A DNA stretch of 64,000 bases from Auanema rhodensis (taxonomy: Eukaryota > Animalia > Nematoda), in NCBI GenBank assembly GCA_964057225.1, contig OZ059899.1:17794001-17858000 (forward strand), given 5' to 3'. The first letter of the stretch is position 1, and each line of letters begins with the position of its first letter. Below are positions 52,201 to 64,000 of this stretch, piece after piece. The position numbers were made by a program, and so were the translations under genes. Under the pieces are notes generated by a model. That model ran no database searches. It had not been told where the DNA came from and saw only the letters and a list, made by a program, of their open reading frames with translations.

Positions 52201-55200
52201 AAAAATTTCAAGATAATTACGCAAAAAGTAAATGTTTTTAGATTCCTTTTTTCAAGGCAAAGATGATGGACAATGTTATTCAACGAAAAAATTAATTCTG
52301 CAGGGTGAAAATCGAGGATATAAGTGTGAACTTATATCAGTTGATATCTCGGTGCATTTTTAAGCTAGCGCAAATCTGATAACACAGATCGACGCAGCTT
52401 AAAAATCCGCATCGAATGCACTATACTACATTGAAAAACGCTTAATACAAAAATTAGTTATGATCGTTTGAAAAATGATGCATTAGTGTATGTTGAGTTT
52501 CCATGTACACTCAACATTGCTTCCAAAAACATTTTGACAAAAATTTTTCCAAAAAATTTCAAAATAATTTCGCAAAAAGTAAATGGTTTTAGATTCCTTT
52601 TTTCAAGGCAAAGACGATGGACAATGTTATTCAACGAAAAAATTAATTCTGCAGGGTGAAAATCGAGGATATAAGTGTGAACTTATATCAGTTGATATCT
52701 CGGTGCATTTTTAAGCTAGCGCAAATCTGATAACACAGATCGACGCAGCTTAAAAATCCGCATCGAATGCACTATACTACATTGAAAAACGCTTAATACA
52801 AAAATTAGTTATGATCGTTTGAAAAAAGATGCATTAGTGTATGTTGAGTTTCCATGTACACTCAACATTGCTTCCAAAAACATTTTGACAAAAATTTTTC
52901 CAAAAAATTTCAAAATAATTTCGCAAAAAGTAAATGTTTTTAGATTCCCTTTTTCAAGGCAAAGACGATGGACAATGTTATTCAACGAAAAAATTAATTC
53001 TGCAGGGTGAAAATCTAGGATATAAGTGTGAACTTATATCAGTTGATATCTCGGTGCATTTTTAAGCTAGCGCAAATCTGATAACACAGATCGACGCAGC
53101 TTAAAAATCCGCATCGAATGCACTATACTACATTGAAAAACGCTTAATACAAAAATTAGTTATGATTGTTTGAAAAAAGATGCATTAGTGTATGTTGAGT
53201 TTCCATGTACACTCAACATTGCTTCCAAAAACATTTTGACAAAAATTTTTCCAAAAAATTTCAAGATAATTACGCAAAAAGTAAATGTTTTTAGATTCCT
53301 TTTTTCAAGGCAAAGACGATGGACAATGTTATTCAACGAAAAAATTAATTCTGCAGGGTGAAAATCGAGGATATAAGTGTGAACTTATATCAGTTGATAT
53401 CTCGGTGCATTTTTAAGCTAGCGCAAATCTGATAACACAGATCGACGCAGCTTAAAAATCCGCATCGAATGCACTATACTACATTGAAAAACGCTTAATA
53501 CAAAAATTAGTTATGATCGTTTGAAAAATGATGCATTAGTGTATGTTGAGTTTCCATGTACACTCAACATTGCTTCCAAAAACATTTTGACAAAAATTTT
53601 TCCAAAAAATTTCAAAATAATTTCGCAAAAAGTAGATGTTTTTAGATTCCTTTTTTCAAGGCAAAGACGATGGACAATGTTATTCAACGAAAAAATTAAT
53701 TCTGCAGGGTGAAAATCGAGGATATAAGTGTGAACTTATATCAGTTGATATCTCGGTGCATTTTTAAGCTAGCGCAAATCTGATAACACAGATCGACGCA
53801 GCTTAAAAATCCGCATCGAATGCACTATACTACATTGAAAAACGCTTAATACAAAAATTAGTTATGATCGTTTGAAAAAAGATGCATTAGTGTATGTTGA
53901 GTTTCCATGTACACTCAACATTGCTTCCAAAAACATTTTGACAAAAATTTTTCCAAAAAATTTCAAAATAATTTCGCAAAAAGTAAATGTTTTTAGATTC
54001 CTTTTTTCAAGGCAAAGACGATGGACAATGTTATTCAACGAAAAAATTAATTCTGCAGGGTGAAAATCGAGGATATAAGTGTGAACTTATATCAGTTGAT
54101 ATCTCGGTGCATTTTTAAGCTAGCGCAAATCTGATAACACAGATCGACGCAGCTTAAAAATCCGCATCGAATGCACTATACTACATTGAAAAACGCTTAA
54201 TACAAAAATTAGTTATGATCGTTTGAAAAAAGATGCATTAGTGTATGTTGAGTTTCCATGTACACTCAACATTGCTTCCAAAAACATTTTGACAAAAATT
54301 TTTCCAAAAAATTTCAAAATAATTTCGCAAAAAGTAAATGTTTTTAGATTCCTTTTTTCAAGGCAAAGACGATGGACAATGTTATTCAACGAAAAAATTA
54401 ATTCTGCAGGGTGAAAATCGAGGATATAAGTGTGAACTTATATCAGATGATATCTCGGTGCATTTTTAAGCTAGCGCAAATCTGATAACACAGATCGACG
54501 TAGCTTAAAAATCCGCATCGAATGCACTATACTACATTGAAAAACGCTTAATACAAAAATTAGTTATGATCGTTTGAAAAAAGATGCATTAGTGTATGTT
54601 GAGTTTCCATGTACACTCAACATTGCTTCCAAAAACATTTTGACAAAAATTTTTCCAAAAAATTTCAAAATAATTTCGCAAAAAGTAGATGTTTTTAGAT
54701 TCCTTTTCTCAAGGCAAAGACGATGGACAATGTTATTCAACGAAAAAATTAATTCTGCAGGGTGAAAATCGAGGATATAAGTGTGAATTTATATCAGTTG
54801 ATATCTCGGTGCATTTTTAAGCTAGCGCAAATCTGATAACACAGATCGACGCAGCTTAAAAATCCGCATCGAATGCACTATACTACATTGAAGAACGCTT
54901 AATACAAAAATTAGTTATGATCGTTTGAAAAAAGATGCATTAGTGTATGTTGAGTTTCCATGTACACTCAACATTGCTTCCAAAAACATTTTGACAAAAA
55001 TTTTTCCAAAAAATTTCAAAATAATTTCGCAAAAAGTAAATGTTTTTAGATTCCTTTTTTCAAGGCAAAGACGATGGACATTGTTATTCAACGAAAAAAT
55101 TGATTCTGCAGGGTGAAAATCGAGGATATAAGTGTGAACTTATATCAGTTGATATCTCGGTGCATTTTTAAGCTAGCGCAAATCTGATAACACAGCTCGA

Positions 55201-58200
55201 CGCAGCTTAAAAATCCGCATCGAATGCTTTATACAACATTGAGAAACGCTTAATACAAAAATTAGTTATGATCGTTTGAAAAATGATGCATTAGTGTATG
55301 TTGAGTTTCCATGTACACTCAACATTGCTTCCAAAAACATTTTGACAAAAATTTTTCCGAAAAATTTCAAAATAATTTCGCAAAAAGTAGATGTTTTTAG
55401 ATTCCTTTTTTCAAGGCAAAGACGATGGACAATGTTATTCAACGAAAAAATTAATTCTGCAGGGTGAAAATCGAGGATATAAGTGTGAATTTATATCAGT
55501 TGATATCTCGGTGCATTTTTAAGCTAGCGCAAATCTGATAACACAGATCGACGCAGCTTAAAAATCCGCATCGAATGCACTATACTACATTGAAAAACGC
55601 TTAATACAAAAATTAGTTATGATCGTTTGAAAAAAGATGCATTAGTGTATGTTGAGTTTCCATGTACACTCAACATTGCTTCCAAAAACATTTTGACAAA
55701 AATTTTTCCAAAAAATTTCAAAATAATTTCGCAAAAAGTAAATGTTTTTAGATTCCTTTTTTCAAGGCAAAGACGATGGACAATGTTATTCAACGAAAAA
55801 ATTGATTCTGCAGGGTGAAAATCGAGGATATAAGTGTGAACTTATATCAGTTGATATCTCGGTGCATTTTTAAGCTAGCGCAAATCTGATAACACAGCTC
55901 GACGCAGCTTAAAAATCCGCATCGAATGCTTTATACAACATTGAGAAACGCTTAATACAAAAATTAGTTATGATCGTTTGAAAAAAGATGCATTAGTGTA
56001 TGTTGAGTTTCCATGTACACTCAACATTGCTTCCAAAAACATTTTGACAAAAATTTTTCCAAAAAATTTCAAAATAATTTCGCAAAAAGTAAATGTTTTT
56101 AGATTCCTTTTTTCAAGGCAAAGACGATGGACAATGTTATTCAACGAAAAAATTAATTCTGCAGGGTGAAAATCGAGGATATAAGTGTGAACTTATATCA
56201 GTTGATATCTCGGTGCATTTTTAAGCTAGCGCAAATCTGATAACACAGATCGACGCAGCTTAAAAATCCGCATCGAATGCACTATACTACATTGAAGAAC
56301 GCTTAATACAAAAATTAGTTATGATCGTTTGAAAAAAGATGCATTAGTGTATGTTGAGTTTCCATGTACACTCAACATTGCTTCCAAAAACATTTTGACA
56401 AAAATTTTTCCAAAAAATTTCAATATAATTTCGCAAAAAGTAAATGTTTTTAGATTCCTTTTTTCAAAGGCAAAGACGATGGACATTGTTATTCAACGAA
56501 AAAATTAATTCTGCAGGGTGAAAATCGAGGATATAAGTGTGAATTTATATCAGTTGATATCTCGGTGCATTTTTAAGCTAGCGCAAATCTGATAACACAG
56601 ATCGACGCAGCTTAAAAATCCGCATCGAATGCTTTATACAACATTGAAAAACGCTTAATACAAAAATTAGTTATGATCGTTTGAAAAAAGATGCATTAGT
56701 GTATGTTGAGTTTCCATGTACACTCAACATTGCTTCCAAAAACATTTTGACAAAAATTTTTCCAAAAAATTTCAAAATAATTTCGCAAAAAGTAAATGTT
56801 TTTAGATTCCTTTTCTCTAGGCAAAGACGATGGACATTGTTATTCAACGAAAAAATTGATTCTGCAGGGTGAAAATCGAGGATATAAGTGTGAACTTATA
56901 TCAGTTGATATCTCGGTGCATTTTTAAGCTAGCGCAAATCTGATAACACAGATCGACGCAGCTTAAAAATCCGCATCGAATGCACTATACTACATTGAAA
57001 AACGCTTAATACAAAAATTAGTTATGATCGTTTGAAAAAAGATGCATTAGTGTATGTTGAGTTTCCATGTACACTCAACATTGCTTCCAAAAACATTTTG
57101 ACAAAAATTTTTCCAAAAAATTTCAAAATAATTTCGCAAAAAGTAAATGTTTTTAGATTCCTTTTTTCAAGGCAAAGACGATGGACAATGTTATTCAACG
57201 AAAAAATTAATTCTGCAGGGTGAAAATCGAGGATATAAGTGTGAACTTATATCAGATGATATCTCGGTGCATTTTTAAGCTAGCGCAAATCTGATAACAC
57301 AGATCGACGTAGCTTAAAAATCCGCATCGAATGCACTATACTACATTGAAAAACGCTTAATACAAAAATTAGTTATGATCGTTTGAAAAAAGATGCATTA
57401 GTGTATGTTGAGTTTCCATGTACACTCAACATTGCTTCCAAAAACATTTTGACAAAAATTTTTCCAAAAAATTTCAAAATAATTTCGCAAAAAGTAGATG
57501 TTTTTAGATTCCTTTTCTCAAGGCAAAGACGATGGACAATGTTATTCAACGAAAAAATTAATTCTGCAGGGTGAAAATCGAGGATATAAGTGTGAATTTA
57601 TATCAGTTGATATCTCGGTGCATTTTCAAGCTAGCGCAAATCTGATAACACAGATCGACGCAGCTTAAAAATCCGCATCGAATGCACTATACTACATTGA
57701 AGAACGCTTAATACAAAAATTAGTTATGATCGTTTGAAAAAAGATGCATTAGTGTATGTTGAGTTTCCATGTACACTCAACATTGCTTCCAAAAACATTT
57801 TGACAAAAATTTTTCCAAAAAATTTCAAAATAATTTCGCAAAAAGTAAATGTTTTTAGATTCCTTTTTTCAAGGCAAAGACGATGGACATTGTTATTCAA
57901 CGAAAAAATTGATTCTGCAGGGTGAAAATCGAGGATATAAGTGTGAACTTATATCAGTTGATATCTCGGTGCATTTTTAAGCTAGCGCAAATCTGATAAC
58001 ACAGCTCGACGCAGCTTAAAAATCCGCATCGAATGCACTATACTACATTGAAGAACGCTTAATACAAAAATTAGTTATGATCGTTTGAAAAAAGATGCAT
58101 TAGTGTATGTTGAGTTTCCATGTACACTCAACATTGCTTCCAAAAACATTTTGACAAAAATTTTTCCGAAAAATTTCAAAATAATTTCGCAAAAAGTAGA

Positions 58201-61200
58201 TGTTTTTAGATTCCTTTTCTCAAGGCAAAGACGATGGACAATGTTATTCAACGAAAAAATTAATTCTGCAGGGTGAAAATCGAGGATATAAGTGTGAATT
58301 TATATCAGTTGATATCTCGGTGCATTTTTAAGCTAGCGCAAATCTGATAACACAGATCGACGCAGCTTAAAAATCCGCATCGAATGCACTATACTACATT
58401 GAAGAACGCTTAATACAAAAATTAGTTATGATCGTTTGAAAAAAGATGCATTAGTGTATGTTGAGTTTCCATGTACACTCAACATTGCTTCCAAAAACAT
58501 TTTGACAAAAATTTTTCCAAAAAATTTCAAAATAATTTCGCAAAAAGTAAATGTTTTTAGATTCCTTTTTTCAAGGCAAAGACGATGGACATTGTTATTC
58601 AACGAAAAAATTGATTCTGCAGGGTGAAAATCGAGGATATAAGTGTGAACTTATATCAGTTGATATCTCGGTGCATTTTTAAGCTAGCGCAAATCTGATA
58701 ACACAGCTCGACGCAGCTTAAAAATCCGCATCGAATGCACTATACTACATTGAAGAACGCTTAATACAAAAATTAGTTATGATCGTTTGAAAAAAGATGC
58801 ATTAGTGTATGTTGAGTTTCCATGTACACTCAACATTGCTTCCAAAAACATTTTGACAAAAATTTTTCCGAAAAATTTCAAAATAATTTCGCAAAAAGTA
58901 GATGTTTTTAGATTCCTTTTTTCAAGGCAAAGACGATGGACAATGTTATTCAACGAAAAAATTAATTCTGCAGGGTGAAAATCGAGGATATAAGTGTGAA
59001 TTTATATCAGTTGATATCTCGGTGCATTTTTAAGCTAGCGCAAATCTGATAACACAGATCGACGCAGCTTAAAAATCCGCATCGAATGCACTATACTACA
59101 TTGAAAAACGCTTAATACAAAAATTAGTTATGATCGTTTGAAAAAAGATGCATTAGTGTATGTTGAGTTTCCATGTACACTCAACATTGCTTCCAAAAAC
59201 ATTTTGACAAAAATTTTTCCAAAAAATTTCAAAATAATTTCGCAAAAAGTAAATGTTTTTAGATTCCTTTTTTCAAGGCAAAGACGATGGACAATGTTAT
59301 TCAACGAAAAAATTGATTCTGCAGGGTGAAAATCGAGGATATAAGTGTGAACTTATATCAGTTGATATCTCGGTGCATTTTTAAGCTAGCGCAAATCTGA
59401 TAACACAGCTCGACGCAGCTTAAAAATCCGCATCGAATGCTTTATACAACATTGAGAAACGCTTAATACAAAAATTAGTTATGATCGTTTGAAAAAAGAT
59501 GCATTAGTGTATGTTGAGTTTCCATGTACACTCAACATTGCTTCCAAAAACATTTTGACAAAAATTTTTCCAAAAAATTTCAAAATAATTTCGCAAAAAG
59601 TAAATGTTTTTAGATTCCTTTTTTCAAGGCAAAGACGATGGACAATGTTATTCAACGAAAAAATTAATTCTGCAGGGTGAAAATCGAGGATATAAGTGTG
59701 AACTTATATCAGTTGATATCTCGGTGCATTTTTAAGCTAGCGCAAATCTGATAACACAGATCGACGCAGCTTAAAAATCCGCATCGAATGCACTATACTA
59801 CATTGAAGAACGCTTAATACAAAAATTAGTTATGATCGTTTGAAAAAAGATGCATTAGTGTATGTTGAGTTTCCATGTACACTCAACATTGCTTCCAAAA
59901 ACATTTTGACAAAAATTTTTCCAAAAAATTTCAATATAATTTCGCAAAAAGTAAATGTTTTTAGATTCCTTTTTTCAAAGGCAAAGACGATGGACATTGT
60001 TATTCAACGAAAAAATTAATTCTGCAGGGTGAAAATCGAGGATATAAGTGTGAATTTATATCAGTTGATATCTCGGTGCATTTTTAAGCTAGCGCAAATC
60101 TGATAACACAGATCGACGCAGCTTAAAAATCCGCATCGAATGCTTTATACAACATTGAAAAACGCTTAATACAAAAATTAGTTATGATCGTTTGAAAAAA
60201 GATGCATTAGTGTATGTTGAGTTTCCATGTACACTCAACATTGCTTCCAAAAACATTTTGACAAAAATTTTTCCAAAAAATTTCAAAATAATTTCGCAAA
60301 AAGTAAATGTTTTTAGATTCCTTTTTTCTAGGCAAAGACGATGGACATTGTTATTCAACGAAAAAATTGATTCTGCAGGGTGAAAATCGAGGATATAAGT
60401 GTGAACTTATATCAGTTGATATCTCGGTGCATTTTTAAGCTAGCGCAAATCTGATAACACAGATCGACGCAGCTTAAAAATCCGCATCGAATGCACTATA
60501 CTACATTGAAAAACGCTTAATACAAAAATTAGTTATGATCGTTTGAAAAAAGATGCATTAGTGTATGTTGAGTTTCCATGTACACTCAACATTGCTTCCA
60601 AAAACATTTTGACAAAAATTTTTCCAAAAAATTTCAAAATAATTTCGCAAAAAGTAAATGTTTTTAGATTCCTTTTTTCAAGGCAAAGACGATGGACAAT
60701 GTTATTCAACGAAAAAATTGATTCTGCAGGGTGAAAATCGAGGATATAAGTGTGAACTTATATCAGTTGATATCTCGGTGCATTTTTAAGCTAGCGCAAA
60801 TCTGATAACACAGATCCACGCAGCTTAAAAATCCGATTCGAATGCACTATACTACATTGAGAAACGCTCAATACAAAAATTAGTTATGATCGTTTGAAAA
60901 ATGATGCATTAGTGTATGTTGAGTTTCCATGTACACTCAACATTGCTTCCAAAAACATTTTGACAAAAATTTTTCCAAAAAATTTCAAAATAATTTCGCA
61001 AAAAGTAAATGTTTTTAGATTCCTTTTTTCAAGGCAAAGACGATGGACAATGTTATTCAACGAAAAAATTAATTCTGCAGGGTGAAAATCGAGGATATAA
61101 GTGTGAACTTATATCAGTTGATATCTCGGTGCATTTTTAAGCTAGCGCAAATCTGATAACACAGATCGACGCAGCTTAAAAATCCGCATCGAATGCACTA

Positions 61201-64000
61201 TACTACATTGAGAAACGCTTAATACAAAAATTAGTTATGATCGTTTGAAAAAAGATGCATTAGTGTATGTTGAGTTTCCATGTACACTCAACATTGCTTC
61301 GAAAAACATTTTGACAAAAATTTTCCTTAAAAATTTCAATATAATTTCGCAAAAAGTAAATGTTTTTAGATTCCTTTTTTCAAAGGCAAAGACAATGGAC
61401 ATTGTTATTCAACGAAAAAATTGATTCTGCAGGGTGAAAATCGAGGATATAAGTGTGAACTTATATCAGTTGATATCTCGGTGCATTTTTAAGCTAGCGC
61501 AAATCTGATAACACAGATCGACGCAGCTTAAAAATCCGCATCGAATGCACTATACTACATTGAAGAACGCTTAATACAAAAATTAGTTATGATCGTTTGA
61601 AAAAAGATGCATTAGTGTATGTTGAGTTTCCATGTACACTCAACATTGCTTCCAAAAACATTTTGACAAAAATTTTTCCAAAAAATTTCAAAATAATTTC
61701 GCAAAAAGTAAATGTTTTTAGATTCCTTTTTTCAAGGCAAAGACGATGGACAATGTTATTCAACGAAAAAATTAATTCTGCAGGGTGAAAATCGAGGATA
61801 TAAGTGTGAACTTATATCAGTTGATATCTCGGTGCATTTTTAAGCTAGCGCAAATCTGATAACACAGATCGACGCAGCTTAAAAATCCGCATCGAATGCA
61901 CTATGCTACATTGAAAAACCCTCAATACAAAAATTAGTCATGATCATTTGAAAAATGATGCATTAGTGTATGTTGAGTTTCCATGTACACTCAACATTGC
62001 TTCCAAAAACATTTTGACAAAAATTTTCCCTGAAAATTTCAAAATAATTTCACAAAAAGTAGATGTTTTTAGATTCCTTTTTTCAAGGCAAAGACGATGG
62101 ACAGTGTTATTCAACGAAAAAATCAATTTTTCAGGGTGAAAATCGAGGATATAAGTGTGAACTTATATCAGTTGATATCTCGGTGCATTTTTAAGCTAGC
62201 GCAAATCTGATAACACAGCTCGACGCAGCTTAAAAATCCGCATCGAATGCTTTATACAACATTGAGAAACGCTTAATACAAAAATTAGTTATGATCGTTT
62301 GAAAAAAGATGCATTAGTGTATGTTGAGTTTCCATGTACACTCAACATTGCTTCCAAAAACATTTTGACAAAAATTTTTCCAAAAAATTTCAAAATAATT
62401 TCGCAAAAAGTAAATGTTTTTAGATTCCTTTTTTCAAGGCAAAGACGATGGACAATGTTATTCAACGAAAAAATTGATTCTGCAGGGTGAAAATCGAGGA
62501 TATAAGTGTGAACTTATATCAGTTGATATCTCGGTGCATTTTTAAGCTAGCGCAAATCTGATAACACAGCTCGACGCAGCTTAAAAATCCGCATCGAATG
62601 CTTTATACAACATTGAGAAACGCTTAATACAAAAATTAGTTATGATCGTTTGAAAAATGATGCATTAGTGTATGTTGAGTTTCCATGTACACTCAACATT
62701 GCTTCCAAAAACATTTTGACAAAAATTTTTCCGAAAAATTTCAGAATAATTTCGCAAAAAGTAGATGTTTTTAGATTCCTTTTCTCAAGGCAAAGACGAT
62801 GGACAATGTTATTCAACGAAAAAATTAATTCTGCAGGGTGAAAATCGAGGATATAAGTGTGAATTTATATCAGTTGATATCTCGGTGCATTTTTAAGCTA
62901 GCGCAAATCTGATAACACAGATCGACGCAGCTTAAAAATCCGCATCGAATGCACTATACTACATTGAAGAACGCTTAATACAAAAATTAGTTATGATCGT
63001 TTGAAAAAAGATGCATTAGTGTATGTTGAGTTTCCATGTACACTCAACATTGCTTCGAAAAACATTTTGACAAAAATTTTTCCAAAAAATTTCAAAATAA
63101 TTTCGCAAAAAGTAAATGTTTTTAGATTCCTTTTTTCAAGGCAAAGACGATGGACAATGTTATTCAACGAAAAAATTGATTCTGCAGGGTGAAAATCGAG
63201 GATATAAGTGTGAACTTATATCAGTTGATATCTCGGTGCATTTTTAAGCTAGCGCAAATCTGATAACACAGCTCGACGCAGCTTAAAAATCCGCATCGAA
63301 TGCTTTATACAACATTGAGAAACGCTTAATACAAAAATTAGTTATGATCGTTTGAAAAATGATGCATTAGTGTATGTTGAGTTTCCATGTACACTCAACA
63401 TTGCTTCCAAAAACATTTTGACAAAAATTTTTCCGAAAAATTTCAGAATAATTTCGCAAAAAGTAGATGTTTTTAGATTCCTTTTTTCAAGGCAAAGACG
63501 ATGGACAATGTTATTCAACGAAAAAATTAATTCTGCAGGGTGAAAATCGAGGATATAAGTGTGAATTTATATCAGTTGATATCTCGGTGCATTTTTAAGC
63601 TAGCGCAAATCTGATAACACAGATCCACGCAGCTTAAAAATCCGATTCGAATGCACTATACTACATTGAGAAACGCTCAATACAAAAATTAGTTATGATC
63701 GTTTGAAAAATGATGCATTAGTGTATGTTGAGTTTCCATGTACACTCAACATTGCTTCCAAAAACATTTTGACAAAAATTTTTCCAAAAAATTTCAAAAT
63801 AATTTCGCAAAAAGTAAATGTTTTTAGATTCCTTTTTTCAAGGCAAAGACGATGGACAATGTTATTCAACGAAAAAATTAATTCTGCAGGGTGAAAATCG
63901 AGGATATAAGTGTGAACTTATATCAGTTGATATCTCGGTGCATTTTTAAGCTAGCGCAAATCTGATAACACAGATCGACGCAGCTTAAAAATCCGCATCG

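Larger units (their letters stand above)
6034..64000. repeat. Satellite DNA array B, 351-bp monomer, 165 full head-to-tail copies plus 51 bp, running off the right window edge
   Basis: The unit gctagcgcaaatctgataac...ctcggtgcatttttaa starts at 6034, 6385, 6736 ... 63950. 63950-6034 = 165x351+1, which matches two 1-bp deletions (after 44864 and 48022) and three 1-bp insertions (near 56468, 59979, 61384). The ORF track repeats with the same 351-bp period. Confidence 0.99.

Noticed and set aside
41135-62126. Minus-strand ORFs 41135-41404 and 61944-62126
   Set aside because: Each arises from private SNPs in a single monomer, with no coding evidence.
6138-63894. About 150 near-identical 63-81 aa ORFs (MKKDALVYVEF...) suggesting a tandem gene array or repeat-encoded peptide
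   Set aside because: They mostly start at TTG and show no recognisable domain. Many variants change amino acids, and disabling alleles are freely amplified: TAA in 11 monomers between 17 and 30 kb, TGA at 52264, five frameshifts and one start loss near 35973. This is a chance open frame in satellite DNA.
1-64000. CRISPR array or other repeat-spacer system
   Set aside because: There are no unique spacers. Whole 182-bp or 351-bp units repeat, and there are no cas genes.

Overview
The window is entirely tandem satellite DNA of eukaryotic heterochromatin or centromere type. I find no genes, RNA genes, CRISPR array or recognisable transposon. Two apparently unrelated AT-rich families meet at a sharp junction at 6033/6034. 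The first is a 182-bp satellite (1-6033; 33 monomers plus 28 bp) whose monomers are mosaics of discrete, equal-length variant blocks. The second is a very homogeneous 351-bp satellite (6034-64000; 165 monomers plus 51 bp, all head-to-tail). The 351-bp array is layered into successive local higher-order repeats (2-, 4-, 3-, 5/9-, 9- and 8/10-mer periods), with diagnostic variants that switch along the array. Each 351-bp monomer carries several dyad symmetries, including two perfect 9-bp stems in its least variable parts. The repeated 63-aa ORFs are artefacts of the repeat. I cannot assign a species or named satellite family, and I do not see a new protein-coding system. The interesting signal is structural and evolutionary. 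All counts were made by eye.
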